From NCBI GenBank assembly GCA_965247295.1, contig CBDFGQ010000007.1, forward strand, positions 560,317 to 624,316: a stretch of DNA of 64,000 nt, in the 5' to 3' direction. Below the pieces are notes generated by a model. That model was given only the letters and a program-made list of their open reading frames with translations. It made no database searches and had not been told where the DNA came from. The translations under genes were made by a program, and so were the position numbers. Source of the stretch: Dehalococcoidia bacterium. GTDB lineage: Bacteria; Chloroflexota; Dehalococcoidia; Lucifugimonadales; JAGWBF01. Below are positions 49,866 through 58,358 of this stretch, in pieces (position 1 is the first letter of the stretch; every line of letters begins with the position of its first letter).

Positions 49866-49947
49866 TCCGGCCCACGAGCGGCGGGTTCAGAGACGGACCG
49901 TTGAAGCTCCCCGTGCCTTCGTGGTTCCGAGAGTAGAACGAGGCGGC

Positions 49948-50733
49948 CTAGTCCTCGGCCTTCACCGTATTATGCAGGACGCCGATGCCGCTTATATCCA
50001 CCTCTACCAAATCGTTTGGCTTCATGGGGCTGGTGGCGCCCGTGGTCCCGGAGAAAATCAGGTCGCCCGGGTGAAGGGTTACCTGCTGGCTGATGTAGCT
50101 AATTATCTGGGCAAAGTCGTGAATCATGTCCCTGGTATTGGCCTGCTGGACCTCCTGTCCATTGAGCCTTACGACCACGTTCAAATTAGACGGGTCCACG
50201 TCGGTCTCGATCCAGGGTCCCACAGGGGCGAAGGTGTCTGAGCCTTTGGCCCGCCAGAAGGTCCAGTCGTCTTTCTGCCAGGCCCGCTCACTGACATCGT
50301 TGCCGCAGGTGTACCCAAGTACGTATTTCATCGCCCTCTGGCGGCTGATCCTGCGGCAGGTCTTGCCTATTACCGCCACCGCCTCGCCCTCGTAGTGGAT
50401 GTCCCCGCTGGAGTCCTTGGGAATAATTATGGATTCCTCGTGGCTGATTAGCGCGTTTCTGCCTTTGTGCCATGGCTGGGGAAACTCGGATGTGGGGGTC
50501 TTGTCCTCGCCTAGTACGGTGCCTGCGAATGTCAGGTGGTCTTGGAAGTTCAGGCCGGGGCACCACATCTGCACCGGGTCGGTGGGGGCGAGCAGTTTCA
50601 CGTCGTCGAGCTTGTGTCTTGCATCCGTGAACCTAAACTGAGTAAAAATACTCCCTCGAATCTCTATAACCTCGTCACCGTCGACCACTCCATACGCAAC
50701 CCTTCTCTCCTTGCGGAATCTGGCAATCTTCAT
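49948..50733 (-). CDS. fumarylacetoacetate hydrolase (FAH)-family protein (paralog of 44400..45155)
   Basis: MKIARFRKERRVAYGVVDGD.., GYTCGNDVSERAWQ and GDLIFSGTTG. Start at ATG 50731-50733 after GGAGAGGTG. Confidence 0.85.
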   Translation of the reverse strand: MKIARFRKERRVAYGVVDGDEVIEIRGSIFTQFRFTDARHKLDDVKLLAPTDPVQMWCPGLNFQDHLTFAGTVLGEDKTPTSEFPQPWHKGRNALISHEESIIIPKDSSGDIHYEGEAVAVIGKTCRRISRQRAMKYVLGYTCGNDVSERAWQKDDWTFWRAKGSDTFAPVGPWIETDVDPSNLNVVVRLNGQEVQQANTRDMIHDFAQIISYISQQVTLHPGDLIFSGTTGATSPMKPNDLVEVDISGIGVLHNTVKAED

Positions 50734-50948
50734 CCAGCACCTCTCCATGGAGTTGGGCCACCTGCTGGGAATTTTAGCCGGTTGGCCCCTCGGGGGCAAG
50801 CCGGAAAGCCCCCGTTGGAGGGCCGAGTGTTGGCACAAATTTGCGGGTATTGAACGCCTTTGCCACGTCGGACCGGTGCGCCTCAGGCAGGCACCGGCGT
50901 GAGACTCGTGGTTGCCGTAGATGAGCACAGGAGGAGAAAAGTGGCCGC

Positions 50949-50977
50949 TTGAGCGTGGGTTGCGGGGGTGATAAAAT
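50949..50977 (+). promoter_or_regulatory. candidate promoter of tRNA-Asn
   Basis: TTGAGC, a 17-nt spacer, then TAAAAT, about 40 nt upstream of the tRNA 5' end. Pattern only. Confidence 0.35.
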
Positions 50978-51018
50978 CCCTATGTAAGGCTTTACCCTCC
51001 AGGTCATCCCTCGAGCGT

Positions 51019-51093
51019 TCCCCAGTAGCTCAGCGGTAGAGCGGGCGGCTGTTAACCGCTAGGTCGTAGGTTCGAATCCTACCTGGGGAGCCA
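51019..51093 (+). tRNA. tRNA-Asn (anticodon GTT), CCA encoded
   Basis: Manual cloverleaf: acceptor TCCCCAG/CTGGGGA, D arm GCTC-AGCGGTA-GAGC, anticodon arm GGCGG-CTGTTAA-CCGCT, variable AGGTC, T arm GTAGG-TTCGAAT-CCTAC, discriminator G plus CCA. Confidence 0.9.
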
Positions 51094-52676
51094 TCCCCCC
51101 TAATACTACGAAATTCCTTCGTAGCAGTTAACTCATCGGCGGCGGGGATTGGGAGTGCGTACTCGATGCCCACCTGCTCCTTATCGAAGTCGACGCGCCT
51201 GATGAACGTACCGATGAAAGTCTTGGACTCAAGGAACGAGGCGCTTTGGAGGAGTGTTCGCAGGTCTTGGACATAGTGTTCCATTAGGATGGCATCAAAG
51301 GGAGTCTGGTCTGCCTGGTTCATGTCATCCAGAGCTTCGTCTCTTTTTTCATTCAGTTCTCGCTGCTCGGCCCTCAGCTCCTTCAGCCTTGGTGCCAAGT
51401 CATCAATATCCACCTTCCCACTCTCCAGAGCGGCATAGACGTGTTCGAGTTTCTGATCAACCGAGCGGGCCTCCCGATCGAGGTGGTCAAGCTGCTTAGT
51501 GGCGCGGCGCTTGTTCACCCGTATCTCCTCGTTGGTCAATTCCACAAGCTGCCGCAGGTTCTCCTCGGTCAGAATGTTCTCCTTGATGCGGTCCAGCACG
51601 AATCCCTCTAGTTTCTTGGCGTTCATTAGAGGACCCTTACGGACCGACGGTCCCTTCGTGAGCCTGGCATTGCACCGGTAGTAGAGGTACTTGCCGGAAG
51701 CTCCATTGGTTCCGATGGCGTGCGAACCGCACCTTGAGCAGTGAGCTAGACCGCTCAGGAGGTATTGGCTCGCGACGGTCTTGGGGTGCTTCTTGGAGGG
51801 ACGCCTGGATGTCAGCAGAGCTTGCACACTGGCAAATACGTCCTTGTCAACAAGGGGCTCATGACAGTCAGGAACCCGTATCACCTCCGAGGCATCTCTT
51901 TTCTGTCGGCGGCCAAAGCTTTTGCTGTACCTGTTCCAGACCAACGTTCCTGCGTAGGCTTCGTTTCTGAGCAAGTGATTGATAGTGGTTGCCTGGAAGT
52001 GCTTGCCGGTGCGGGTCCGCAAGCCTTCTGAGTTCAGAACGTGCGCTATGTCCCTAGCCCCCTGACCGTGAGCGGCTAGGTCGAATGCCCTCTGTACCAG
52101 AGGAGCTTCTCTCTCATCAGGGGCCAGCGTCGCTCTTCCCGTTGCCCCTTGTGTAGTCGAGGAGCGCCTGTAGCCAAAGGGAGTGGCGCCGCCGTTGCGG
52201 TGACCCCTCGATGCGTTTTCCTTCATTCCCCTGATGGTGTCTTGGGAGAGATTGGCCGAGTAGAACTCGTCAAGCACCTCAATGATGCCCTCAAGCAACG
52301 ATCCAGCGGGGCTCTCGTCGACCTGCTCGTTCATCGACACGACGGATATCTTCCTGCGCTTCAGGAGTGACTTGTAGATAACCGAATCTTCCCGATTCCG
52401 GGCGAACCTTGATAGCTTCCAAACCAGGATGGCGTCGAAAGGCTTCACTCTATTCTTCGTTGCGGCAATCATGTCCTTGAAGGCGGGACGATTCGCTGAC
52501 CTGGCGCTTTCGGCCTCGTCAACGTACTCAGCCGCCACGTCCCATCCCCTGCCAAGGGCGTACTTCTTGAGGGCCTTCAGCTGGGCGGGGATGGAAAGCT
52601 CCTTTTCTGCCTGCCGCTCAGAAGAGACACGGGCGTAGATTGCTACCCTCATCTGGTTCGTGTTCGTTCTATTCAT
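51030..52676 (-). CDS. large serine recombinase (integrase)
   Basis: Resolvase catalytic domain (RVAIYARVSSERQ..), recombinase domain, Cys-rich zinc-ribbon region (CSRCGSH..YYRCN) and a coiled coil. The last about 22 codons (..GDGSPGRIRTYDLAVNSRPLYR) are antisense to tRNA-Asn. Confidence 0.85.
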   Translation of the reverse strand: MNRTNTNQMRVAIYARVSSERQAEKELSIPAQLKALKKYALGRGWDVAAEYVDEAESARSANRPAFKDMIAATKNRVKPFDAILVWKLSRFARNREDSVIYKSLLKRRKISVVSMNEQVDESPAGSLLEGIIEVLDEFYSANLSQDTIRGMKENASRGHRNGGATPFGYRRSSTTQGATGRATLAPDEREAPLVQRAFDLAAHGQGARDIAHVLNSEGLRTRTGKHFQATTINHLLRNEAYAGTLVWNRYSKSFGRRQKRDASEVIRVPDCHEPLVDKDVFASVQALLTSRRPSKKHPKTVASQYLLSGLAHCSRCGSHAIGTNGASGKYLYYRCNARLTKGPSVRKGPLMNAKKLEGFVLDRIKENILTEENLRQLVELTNEEIRVNKRRATKQLDHLDREARSVDQKLEHVYAALESGKVDIDDLAPRLKELRAEQRELNEKRDEALDDMNQADQTPFDAILMEHYVQDLRTLLQSASFLESKTFIGTFIRRVDFDKEQVGIEYALPIPAADELTATKEFRSIRGDGSPGRIRTYDLAVNSRPLYR

Positions 52677-52948
52677 TCTCTACCGCCTTTCGTCGTAGAC
52701 TGTCTCACGCCCGACTCGGTGGGGTCGCTGGAACCATATTGGCTGTCTCTCAGGCGCTCATACCGGGCCGTCCTCCGCCACTCCCGCTCCTCCATGTAGT
52801 TGCGCAGGGCCTCGCGAACCAGATCGCTCATGGTGCGGTGCTCCTCCCTCATCACCTGCTGAACCTGACGGGCCATCTCCGGGGGCAGGGAGAAGGTGAT
52901 GGTCTGGGAGATCCTCGGTCTGGGTGTTTTCTTGTCTTCTGTAGTCAT
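52673..52948 (-). CDS. ribbon-helix-helix (CopG/Arc-like) DNA-binding protein
   Basis: ITFSLPPEMARQVQQVMREEHRTMSDLVREALRNYM. The stop overlaps the recombinase ATG (ATGA). Confidence 0.65.
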   Translation of the reverse strand: MTTEDKKTPRPRISQTITFSLPPEMARQVQQVMREEHRTMSDLVREALRNYMEEREWRRTARYERLRDSQYGSSDPTESGVRQSTTKGGRE

Positions 52949-53033
52949 ACAATGTCTTACTATATATCATCGACCATCCGGCCCTCTGGTGTCAAGGCGG
53001 TACGGCCATGGCCTCTGCCGCCTTCGTCCATGC

Positions 53034-54002
53034 TCAGATCACCTGATAGGCTTCGGGAATGTGCTCGAAGGAAGCCTGGCCGAGCTGGGGCGAGAGGACG
53101 GAGCGGTCCCGGTAGGGCACGGCGACGAGGCACACCTTGGCCAGCCGGCCGTGCCACCTGACGGGCCTTGCGGCGACGGAGATGTCGTCTGCCCGCCAGA
53201 GGTCATACCCGCTTACCCTCTCGATATAGACGGGCCTGCCGGTCAGGATCACGCGCTCTGCAACCGAGCAGGGCGCAGGTGGGCTTCCACGGCGGGGGAG
53301 CAGGCCCCTCAGACAGGAGAGGGGTCGATTGCGCAGCCTCAGCCGGAACCCCGGCGTCCGGGCCACCACCTTTGCGATGAATTGGGAAGGAGCATGATTC
53401 ACGGACCACTGGTGGGGCGTGCCCTCCTCCTCCCGCTCGTAGAGGACCGACATCAGAGGCTGGTGCTTCATCACCTCAGCCAGCCGCAAGGTCAGTGAAG
53501 AGTAGGCCCGCCCATAGGTCTTCTGCAAGGCGACCACATCCAGCCCGGTGGTCTCCGCAAACAGGGAGAAGAACTCCGGCTGCATGAGCACCGCCGCGGC
53601 GAAGGCGTCGGCCTGCCAGCACATCGTCTCACCCCGTGCGCGCGCCATTCTGGGAAAGAGGTCGTGGAGCCGCTCCCTCAGTATCTCGTAGGTCTCGTGG
53701 AGCACCGTGTGCTCCTGGGCTCCGTTCCACTCGTCGTCCAGCTGGATGACGTAGGGGCCGTTCTTGATGCCGGTGTGGACCCCCCTCATGCGGCCGTTGT
53801 CCAGGTTCGACCTGACGACTATCTCCACGCCTGACCTCCTGAGCAGGGTGGTGATCTCCTCCATGCGGGGAAAGGTCGATAGGTCGAAGAAGTCGACGAA
53901 GGCGTCGGCCAGGAAGACGGGGCTAAGCCTCTTCGGGGGATCGTCGCGCTCCATCAGGGCGCGGCAGAAGTCGCCCAGAAGGTCGGCGGTCGTTCCTATC
54001 AA
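53034..54002 (-). CDS. ImmA/IrrE-family (M78-like) protein with variant metal motif and extra C-terminal domain
   Basis: EHTVLHETYEIL lies where HExxH is expected, followed by WQADAFAAAVLMQP (the ANxFAxxxLMP-like motif). 322 aa. Overlaps the XRE gene by 4 nt. Confidence 0.65.
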   Translation of the reverse strand: MIGTTADLLGDFCRALMERDDPPKRLSPVFLADAFVDFFDLSTFPRMEEITTLLRRSGVEIVVRSNLDNGRMRGVHTGIKNGPYVIQLDDEWNGAQEHTVLHETYEILRERLHDLFPRMARARGETMCWQADAFAAAVLMQPEFFSLFAETTGLDVVALQKTYGRAYSSLTLRLAEVMKHQPLMSVLYEREEEGTPHQWSVNHAPSQFIAKVVARTPGFRLRLRNRPLSCLRGLLPRRGSPPAPCSVAERVILTGRPVYIERVSGYDLWRADDISVAARPVRWHGRLAKVCLVAVPYRDRSVLSPQLGQASFEHIPEAYQVI

Positions 54003-54415
54003 AGTAGCCTCCTTCCACTGTATCGCTCGTACAGCTCCACGATGAATCTCTTGGACTCAGTTGAGAGAGGGCCTCGGGGCCGGGTGCCCACCCGGAAGAC
54101 AGGGTCGGAAATGACGTACTGGTAGGCTCGCTCCACCTCTTCGGCTTCATCCCCTTTGGGTTCCTCCTCGTCCTCCAGGTGGCCGGCCCGCTGCATGAGG
54201 TGACGGAAGGGGACGCCGTAGAGGTTGGCCAGGCGCTTCAAAACGTCGGTGCCGGGTCTGACCTTCTCCTTCTCTATCTGGGACAGGTAGGAGCTGGAGA
54301 TGCCGGTGAGTCGCTGCACCTCCCTGAGGCTGGTCTGGCCCCGAAGACGTTTCAAGAGCGGCCCGATTTCCAGGTCCCCGTAGTCGTTTTCTTCAGTGGC
54401 CATCGCTCGCTCCAT
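53999..54415 (-). CDS. XRE-family HTH transcriptional regulator (ImmR-like)
   Basis: LKRLRGQTSLREVQRLTGISSSYLSQIEKEKVRPGTDVLKRLANLYGV. Confidence 0.8.
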   Translation of the reverse strand: MERAMATEENDYGDLEIGPLLKRLRGQTSLREVQRLTGISSSYLSQIEKEKVRPGTDVLKRLANLYGVPFRHLMQRAGHLEDEEEPKGDEAEEVERAYQYVISDPVFRVGTRPRGPLSTESKRFIVELYERYSGRRLL

Positions 54416-54453
54416 TCCACTCAGGTGCGTAACACTCTAGTATCGCACTGTGC

Positions 54454-54473
54454 CAGCGTGATTGCAGCGTGAT
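54454..54473. promoter_or_regulatory. two CAGCGTGAT direct repeats phased 11 bp apart (candidate operator) in an AT-rich divergent control region
   Basis: CAGCGTGATtgCAGCGTGAT, 40-60 nt upstream of the XRE start. The surrounding 54416-54655 is the most AT-rich stretch of the window. Confidence 0.4.
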
Positions 54474-54655
54474 AATTGTTGCATTGTAGCGAGCACTTGT
54501 CAATATGGGGCAGCCAATACCGTCAGGACCATTGCTGATGTGTTAGTATATTGATACATTAGAGCATAAACAAACATCTGTTCGCTCGGACGATTCTACA
54601 CCTCTGGCGCCCCGGACACAAGGCGCGTCCGGCAGCCGGAAATCTCCGTAAGAGG

Positions 54656-54871
54656 ATGCTCGTGAGTAGAGAGCTACGGCTCACAAGAGAGCAGGAACGC
54701 ATACGCATGCAGGGCCTCAGAATCCTGGCCCGCATGATCGTGCGCGCTCACCTGGCATCCCTGCTCGAAGGGCCTGCTCAGAGGAACGGCGCCGAGCCGG
54801 GAAACGATGGGGAGGGTTCCGAGGCCCCTGAAGGGGAGATCTCGGAGAGGTTTGGCGAAGATGGCGGGTAA
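54656..54871 (+). CDS. hypothetical small protein (first gene of rightward module)
   Basis: 71-aa ORF with AAGAGG immediately upstream, an N-terminal amphipathic helix (REQERIRMQGLRILARMIVRAHL) and an acidic tail. No family recognised. Confidence 0.3.
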   Translation: MLVSRELRLTREQERIRMQGLRILARMIVRAHLASLLEGPAQRNGAEPGNDGEGSEAPEGEISERFGEDGG

Positions 54872-55103
54872 GCGCCGTGCGGTGAAGGTCCAGGTGAAGC
54901 CCCACGGATTGTGGACCATCCTCAACCGGCTCAGCATGTCCCAGAACGAGCTGGCCGACCTTGTGGGCACCAGCTCCAGCTACATCTCGCAGATGGTCAA
55001 CGGCCAACGATTTCCATCCGGCCCCATGCGCCGCCGGATGCTGAAAGCCCTGGACGACCCCCCTTTCGACGAAGTGGTCATCGTAGTGAACGGTCATGAG
55101 TAG
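54861..55103 (+). CDS. XRE-like HTH protein
   Basis: LNRLSMSQNELADLVGTSSSYISQMVNGQRFPS. Start at MAGKRR (ATG 54861). Confidence 0.6.
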   Translation: MAGKRRAVKVQVKPHGLWTILNRLSMSQNELADLVGTSSSYISQMVNGQRFPSGPMRRRMLKALDDPPFDEVVIVVNGHE

Positions 55104-55380
55104 CGGTACACAGACTCCCTCTGCGCTGTTCCAGCCCGGCGTCTCCCTCTTGCCCGAGGACTTTGGCGAACGACTCAAGCTGGTGAAGGAGATCACCGGA
55201 CTCTCCTGGGAGGGTTTGGCTGTCTGCCTTGGCGTGGACATCAAGCAGGTGCTGCGCTGGCGGAACGGCGCAGCGCCCAACGGCGGAGCGATGCTTGCGC
55301 TGGTGCGCTTGGCGACGCTGGTGCCCGAGGGATTGGGTGAGCTGCTGGACGAGGATGTAATCGTCCACAGGAGGAATTAG
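55096..55380 (+). CDS. small HTH protein, tandem paralog 1
   Basis: LPEDFGERLKLVKEITGLSWEGLAVCLGVDIKQVLRWRNGAAPNGGAML. Shares its motif with the next two genes. Confidence 0.55.
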   Translation: MSSGTQTPSALFQPGVSLLPEDFGERLKLVKEITGLSWEGLAVCLGVDIKQVLRWRNGAAPNGGAMLALVRLATLVPEGLGELLDEDVIVHRRN

Positions 55381-55384
55381 GCAC

Positions 55385-55660
55385 ATGGAGCGTCGAAGGC
55401 GAACCAAACGGACACACTCATGTCCCCTTCCAGACGACTTCCCTCAGAGGTTGAAGCGTCTCAAGGACGCCTCCGGCCTGGGGTGGAAGGCCCTTGCCCG
55501 TAGCCTAGGAGTGAGCTATTTGCGGGTTCGCCGGTGGCGTCGGGGCATGGAGCCTTCAGGGGGTGCGATGCTAGCAATCTTCCTATTCGCGTCTGAGTTT
55601 CCCGGTGGCATGGATGCGATGCTCCACGGGACGGCCGAGGCCCCGCTCGCGGAGGAGTAG
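55385..55660 (+). CDS. small HTH protein, tandem paralog 2
   Basis: LPDDFPQRLKRLKDASGLGWKALARSLGVSYLRVRRWRRGMEPSGGAML. Start context GGAGGAATTAGGCACATGG. Confidence 0.55.
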   Translation: MERRRRTKRTHSCPLPDDFPQRLKRLKDASGLGWKALARSLGVSYLRVRRWRRGMEPSGGAMLAIFLFASEFPGGMDAMLHGTAEAPLAEE

Positions 55661-55664
55661 GCAC

Positions 55665-55976
55665 ATGGGCCGCCAGCGATGGGTCTACCACATAGAGCAC
55701 TCTCGGTTCCCGCCTGACTTCCCGGAGCGATTGAAACGGTTCAAGGAAGCCTCGGGGCTCTCCTGGCGGGGTCTGGCGCGCCGCCTCCGCATAGACATCC
55801 GCATGCTGCATCGTTGGCGCAACGGGGTTCAGCCCGGTTCGGGTCATGTGGTAGCCCTCTATGAGACGGCGGCCGAGATGGGACTGCTTCATCACTTTCT
55901 TCCAGCTCTGGGAGAGCCGGAGACCGTCACCGCCTCACAACTCCCTGCGGGTCGCGCCTGGATGCCTCCCGGTTGA
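55665..55976 (+). CDS. small HTH protein, tandem paralog 3
   Basis: FPPDFPERLKRFKEASGLSWRGLARRLRIDIRMLHRWRNGVQPGSGHVV. Start context GGAGGAGTAGGCACATGG, nearly the same as paralog 2. The 3' end overlaps the DUF3800 gene convergently. Confidence 0.55.
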   Translation: MGRQRWVYHIEHSRFPPDFPERLKRFKEASGLSWRGLARRLRIDIRMLHRWRNGVQPGSGHVVALYETAAEMGLLHHFLPALGEPETVTASQLPAGRAWMPPG

Positions 55977-56685
55977 TCGCCACGCCGAGGATCCCGAAGG
56001 CTTGGTCTATTCCGTAGTCCTCCACCCTGGGGATGGGCGCTTCCTCCTGTTTGAGCAGGGCGTGAGCGATGAAGTCTGCCATCTGAAGCAGGTAGTCGCT
56101 CTTGGAGCTTCGGAAGGCGGGATCGCCGATGATCTGCTCGATGGGGATGTTCCTCGTCTTCTCCCCGTCCTCCCACGCCTCGTAGCGGCTGGGCACCTGG
56201 TTGCGCACCTTGAGCCTCCGGTAGAGGCGGGAGATCATCTCCTCCCTGCCCTCGTCGAAGATGAGGAAGGCGTGGCGTTCCGCCGCCGATACGGAGGTGT
56301 TGATGCGGTTGAGGAGCCGGTTGAGGCTGGCCTGCTCATGATTGCGGCTCCGGGGCTTATGAAGGCAGACGTTGATGACCTCGATGCCGCCCAGATTCCT
56401 GGCCGCGGCCTCCAGTCTACGAAGGCCGCTCAGGAAGACCTCCGCACCGTGCTGTGGGGAGAGCCGCTCGTTGGCGTCGCCGTTCTTTGCCAAGAGTCCC
56501 CTTCCGGCCAGCAGGTCGCAGGCGTGAAGCTCCCGGTCGAGGGGGATGCCGTAGCGGTCCCTGAGCTCCAACCGCCAGGCGTGGATATCGGTGAACAGGT
56601 CGTTCCACTTATTCGAGTCCACGCCCAGCGCTGAGCGGACGTAGTAGCGGGGACCCTCGGACTCGTCGATGTAGTACAGTCGCAT
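55927..56685 (-). CDS. DUF3800-domain protein
   Basis: MRLYYIDESEGP N-terminus and LLQMADFIAHAL near the C-terminus, typical of DUF3800. AAGGAGAG SD. Confidence 0.7.
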   Translation of the reverse strand: MRLYYIDESEGPRYYVRSALGVDSNKWNDLFTDIHAWRLELRDRYGIPLDRELHACDLLAGRGLLAKNGDANERLSPQHGAEVFLSGLRRLEAAARNLGGIEVINVCLHKPRSRNHEQASLNRLLNRINTSVSAAERHAFLIFDEGREEMISRLYRRLKVRNQVPSRYEAWEDGEKTRNIPIEQIIGDPAFRSSKSDYLLQMADFIAHALLKQEEAPIPRVEDYGIDQAFGILGVAINREASRRDPQGVVRR

Positions 56686-56701
56686 GGTCTCGCTCTCCTT
56701 G

Positions 56702-57544
56702 CTAGCCAGGTTGAAAGGCGTATGCCGGCTCTCCGCCGATGGTGTTGCGCCAGGCCGTTCCCAGAGGACCCACCCTTACCAGCAGGTCTCGGTGGGAGAC
56801 CCAGAGGGGCACGTCGACCCCGGCTCGGTCCATCTCCTCTCTCGCCACCCGTAGGAAATGGGTCTGGGCCACCTCTTCATCGAAGACCACCAGGAGGGAG
56901 GGCAGCGAGCCGTGGTCGTCGGTGGGTCGGTGGGAGGAGTAGTAATGCAGATAGGGGGCGATGCGGGCCGCCATGGTGACGGGCCGCACGGCCCTGCGCT
57001 CCCACTCCAGGAAGAAGGGCCACGTGTTCCCACCCCTGCGGAGCACACCGAAGGCGTCGGGGCGGATGGAGCGGAGCCGGTCGCCGTGCCGGAAGTACCT
57101 GCTGGCTCGCCAGGGCGGGTCGAGCTGGACCACCTCCCTGGACCGTGATCTCGCCTGTCTGGAAAGTACGGCTGCGAACCAGTGAACGGAGTCGGTGTGC
57201 TGGATGTTTCTGAGGAACTGACGGCTCCTCGATCCGGAGACGTTGCGCCAATCGAGGGGAGCCTCTTGGTGGAGAGGCGTCACGGTCCAGCGACGCTTGG
57301 TGGCCCCCACCGAGGTGCGGTCCCTTCGGGCAAGCAGACCCAGCCCCCGGTCGGTGAGAGCCAGACGCCGGCCCTCGGAGGCGGCGCTGACGACAAGTCC
57401 CAACCCTTCGAGACGCACCAGTATCTGAGATAGCCTGGAGCGTTTCACGCCCAGCACTGCGCCCAGGTGGGCGGGAGTCACCCAGGGCCAGTCAGAAAGC
57501 AGGTCGAGGGCGCGTTTATCGGTGGCCTTGAGCAGTGTGGGCAA
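56702..57544 (-). CDS. replication-relaxation family protein (wHTH N-terminus)
   Basis: HLGAVLGVKRSRLSQILVRLEGLGLV, HTDSVHWFAAVL and RPDAFGVLRRGGNTWPFFLEWE. TTG start. Confidence 0.65.
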   Translation of the reverse strand: MPTLLKATDKRALDLLSDWPWVTPAHLGAVLGVKRSRLSQILVRLEGLGLVVSAASEGRRLALTDRGLGLLARRDRTSVGATKRRWTVTPLHQEAPLDWRNVSGSRSRQFLRNIQHTDSVHWFAAVLSRQARSRSREVVQLDPPWRASRYFRHGDRLRSIRPDAFGVLRRGGNTWPFFLEWERRAVRPVTMAARIAPYLHYYSSHRPTDDHGSLPSLLVVFDEEVAQTHFLRVAREEMDRAGVDVPLWVSHRDLLVRVGPLGTAWRNTIGGEPAYAFQPG

Positions 57545-57551
57545 CAGACGG

Positions 57552-58358
57552 TCAGGCGCGGCGCTCTCCGGGCCACCGGTGGTGAGGTCTTCGGGTAAGC
57601 GAGGCTCGCTCCGTATCCGCCTCCGTCGGGAATGCGCCGGTTAGCCTGGTGTGGTACAGAACGGAGCGCAGATCCAGGGACGCAGAACCCGAGGGAATAC
57701 GCCAGATGGGGGAGTTGGCCCCGGCGGAAGCTGCGTCTTCTTCAAGGGCCAGGAATGTGATGGCGGGAGCCGCCGCCGACAGCAGCCTGCGGGCGTGCCT
57801 CAGCCGCACCTCGTCGGGCATCAGCATGAGGAGGGCGCTGGGAGGGGGACTATCCCTGAGCCGCCACAACCGTTTGGAGAAGACCGTCCTATCGGCGGTG
57901 AGTCCCTGCCTGACTATGGCTAGGGTTCTGCCGTCGGGGAGAGCGATGGCGGCGTCCATGGGCGACGCCCTGTACCAGCGGAAGCGAAGGGGATGGGCGA
58001 GGTTGGAGATGGCGGATGCCAGCCGGTAGATGACGGCGAGGGCGTCCAGGCGCTCCATGAGGATGCGTTGCCACTGGGCGGATACCGGGTAGAGCGTGAG
58101 CAGCTCGTCCACGGTCATGCCCTCCTCCCCGGCCAGCAGGTTCAGGCCCGTGTAGGAAAGGTGGTAGCGCCTGGTTGGAGGGATGAGCTGCGTTGTGTGG
58201 GGAACAGAAAAGGCAAGCCCTCGGGCCTCCAGTCCCTCGACGGCGGCGTATACGGCGCCCCGGGACCATCCGGAGACGGCGGCCATATCCAGCCGGTCCA
58301 GGAACGGCATCGAGGCCAGACGGCGCAGCAGCTCCCCCTCGCACCCTGCGGTACTCAC
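57552..58358 (-). CDS. winged-helix protein, replication-relaxation-like paralog
   Basis: LDMAAVSGWSRGAVYAAVEGLEARGLA (wHTH). The domain order is similar to the downstream gene but the sequence is divergent. The GTG start overlaps the upstream stop (GTGA). Confidence 0.45.
   Translation of the reverse strand: MSTAGCEGELLRRLASMPFLDRLDMAAVSGWSRGAVYAAVEGLEARGLAFSVPHTTQLIPPTRRYHLSYTGLNLLAGEEGMTVDELLTLYPVSAQWQRILMERLDALAVIYRLASAISNLAHPLRFRWYRASPMDAAIALPDGRTLAIVRQGLTADRTVFSKRLWRLRDSPPPSALLMLMPDEVRLRHARRLLSAAAPAITFLALEEDAASAGANSPIWRIPSGSASLDLRSVLYHTRLTGAFPTEADTERASLTRRPHHRWPGERRA

Noticed and set aside
55861-56634. 257-aa plus-strand ORF
   Set aside because: It is antisense to the DUF3800 gene, which has the YIDESG-like and LQxADxxA-like family motifs. 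This is a shadow ORF.
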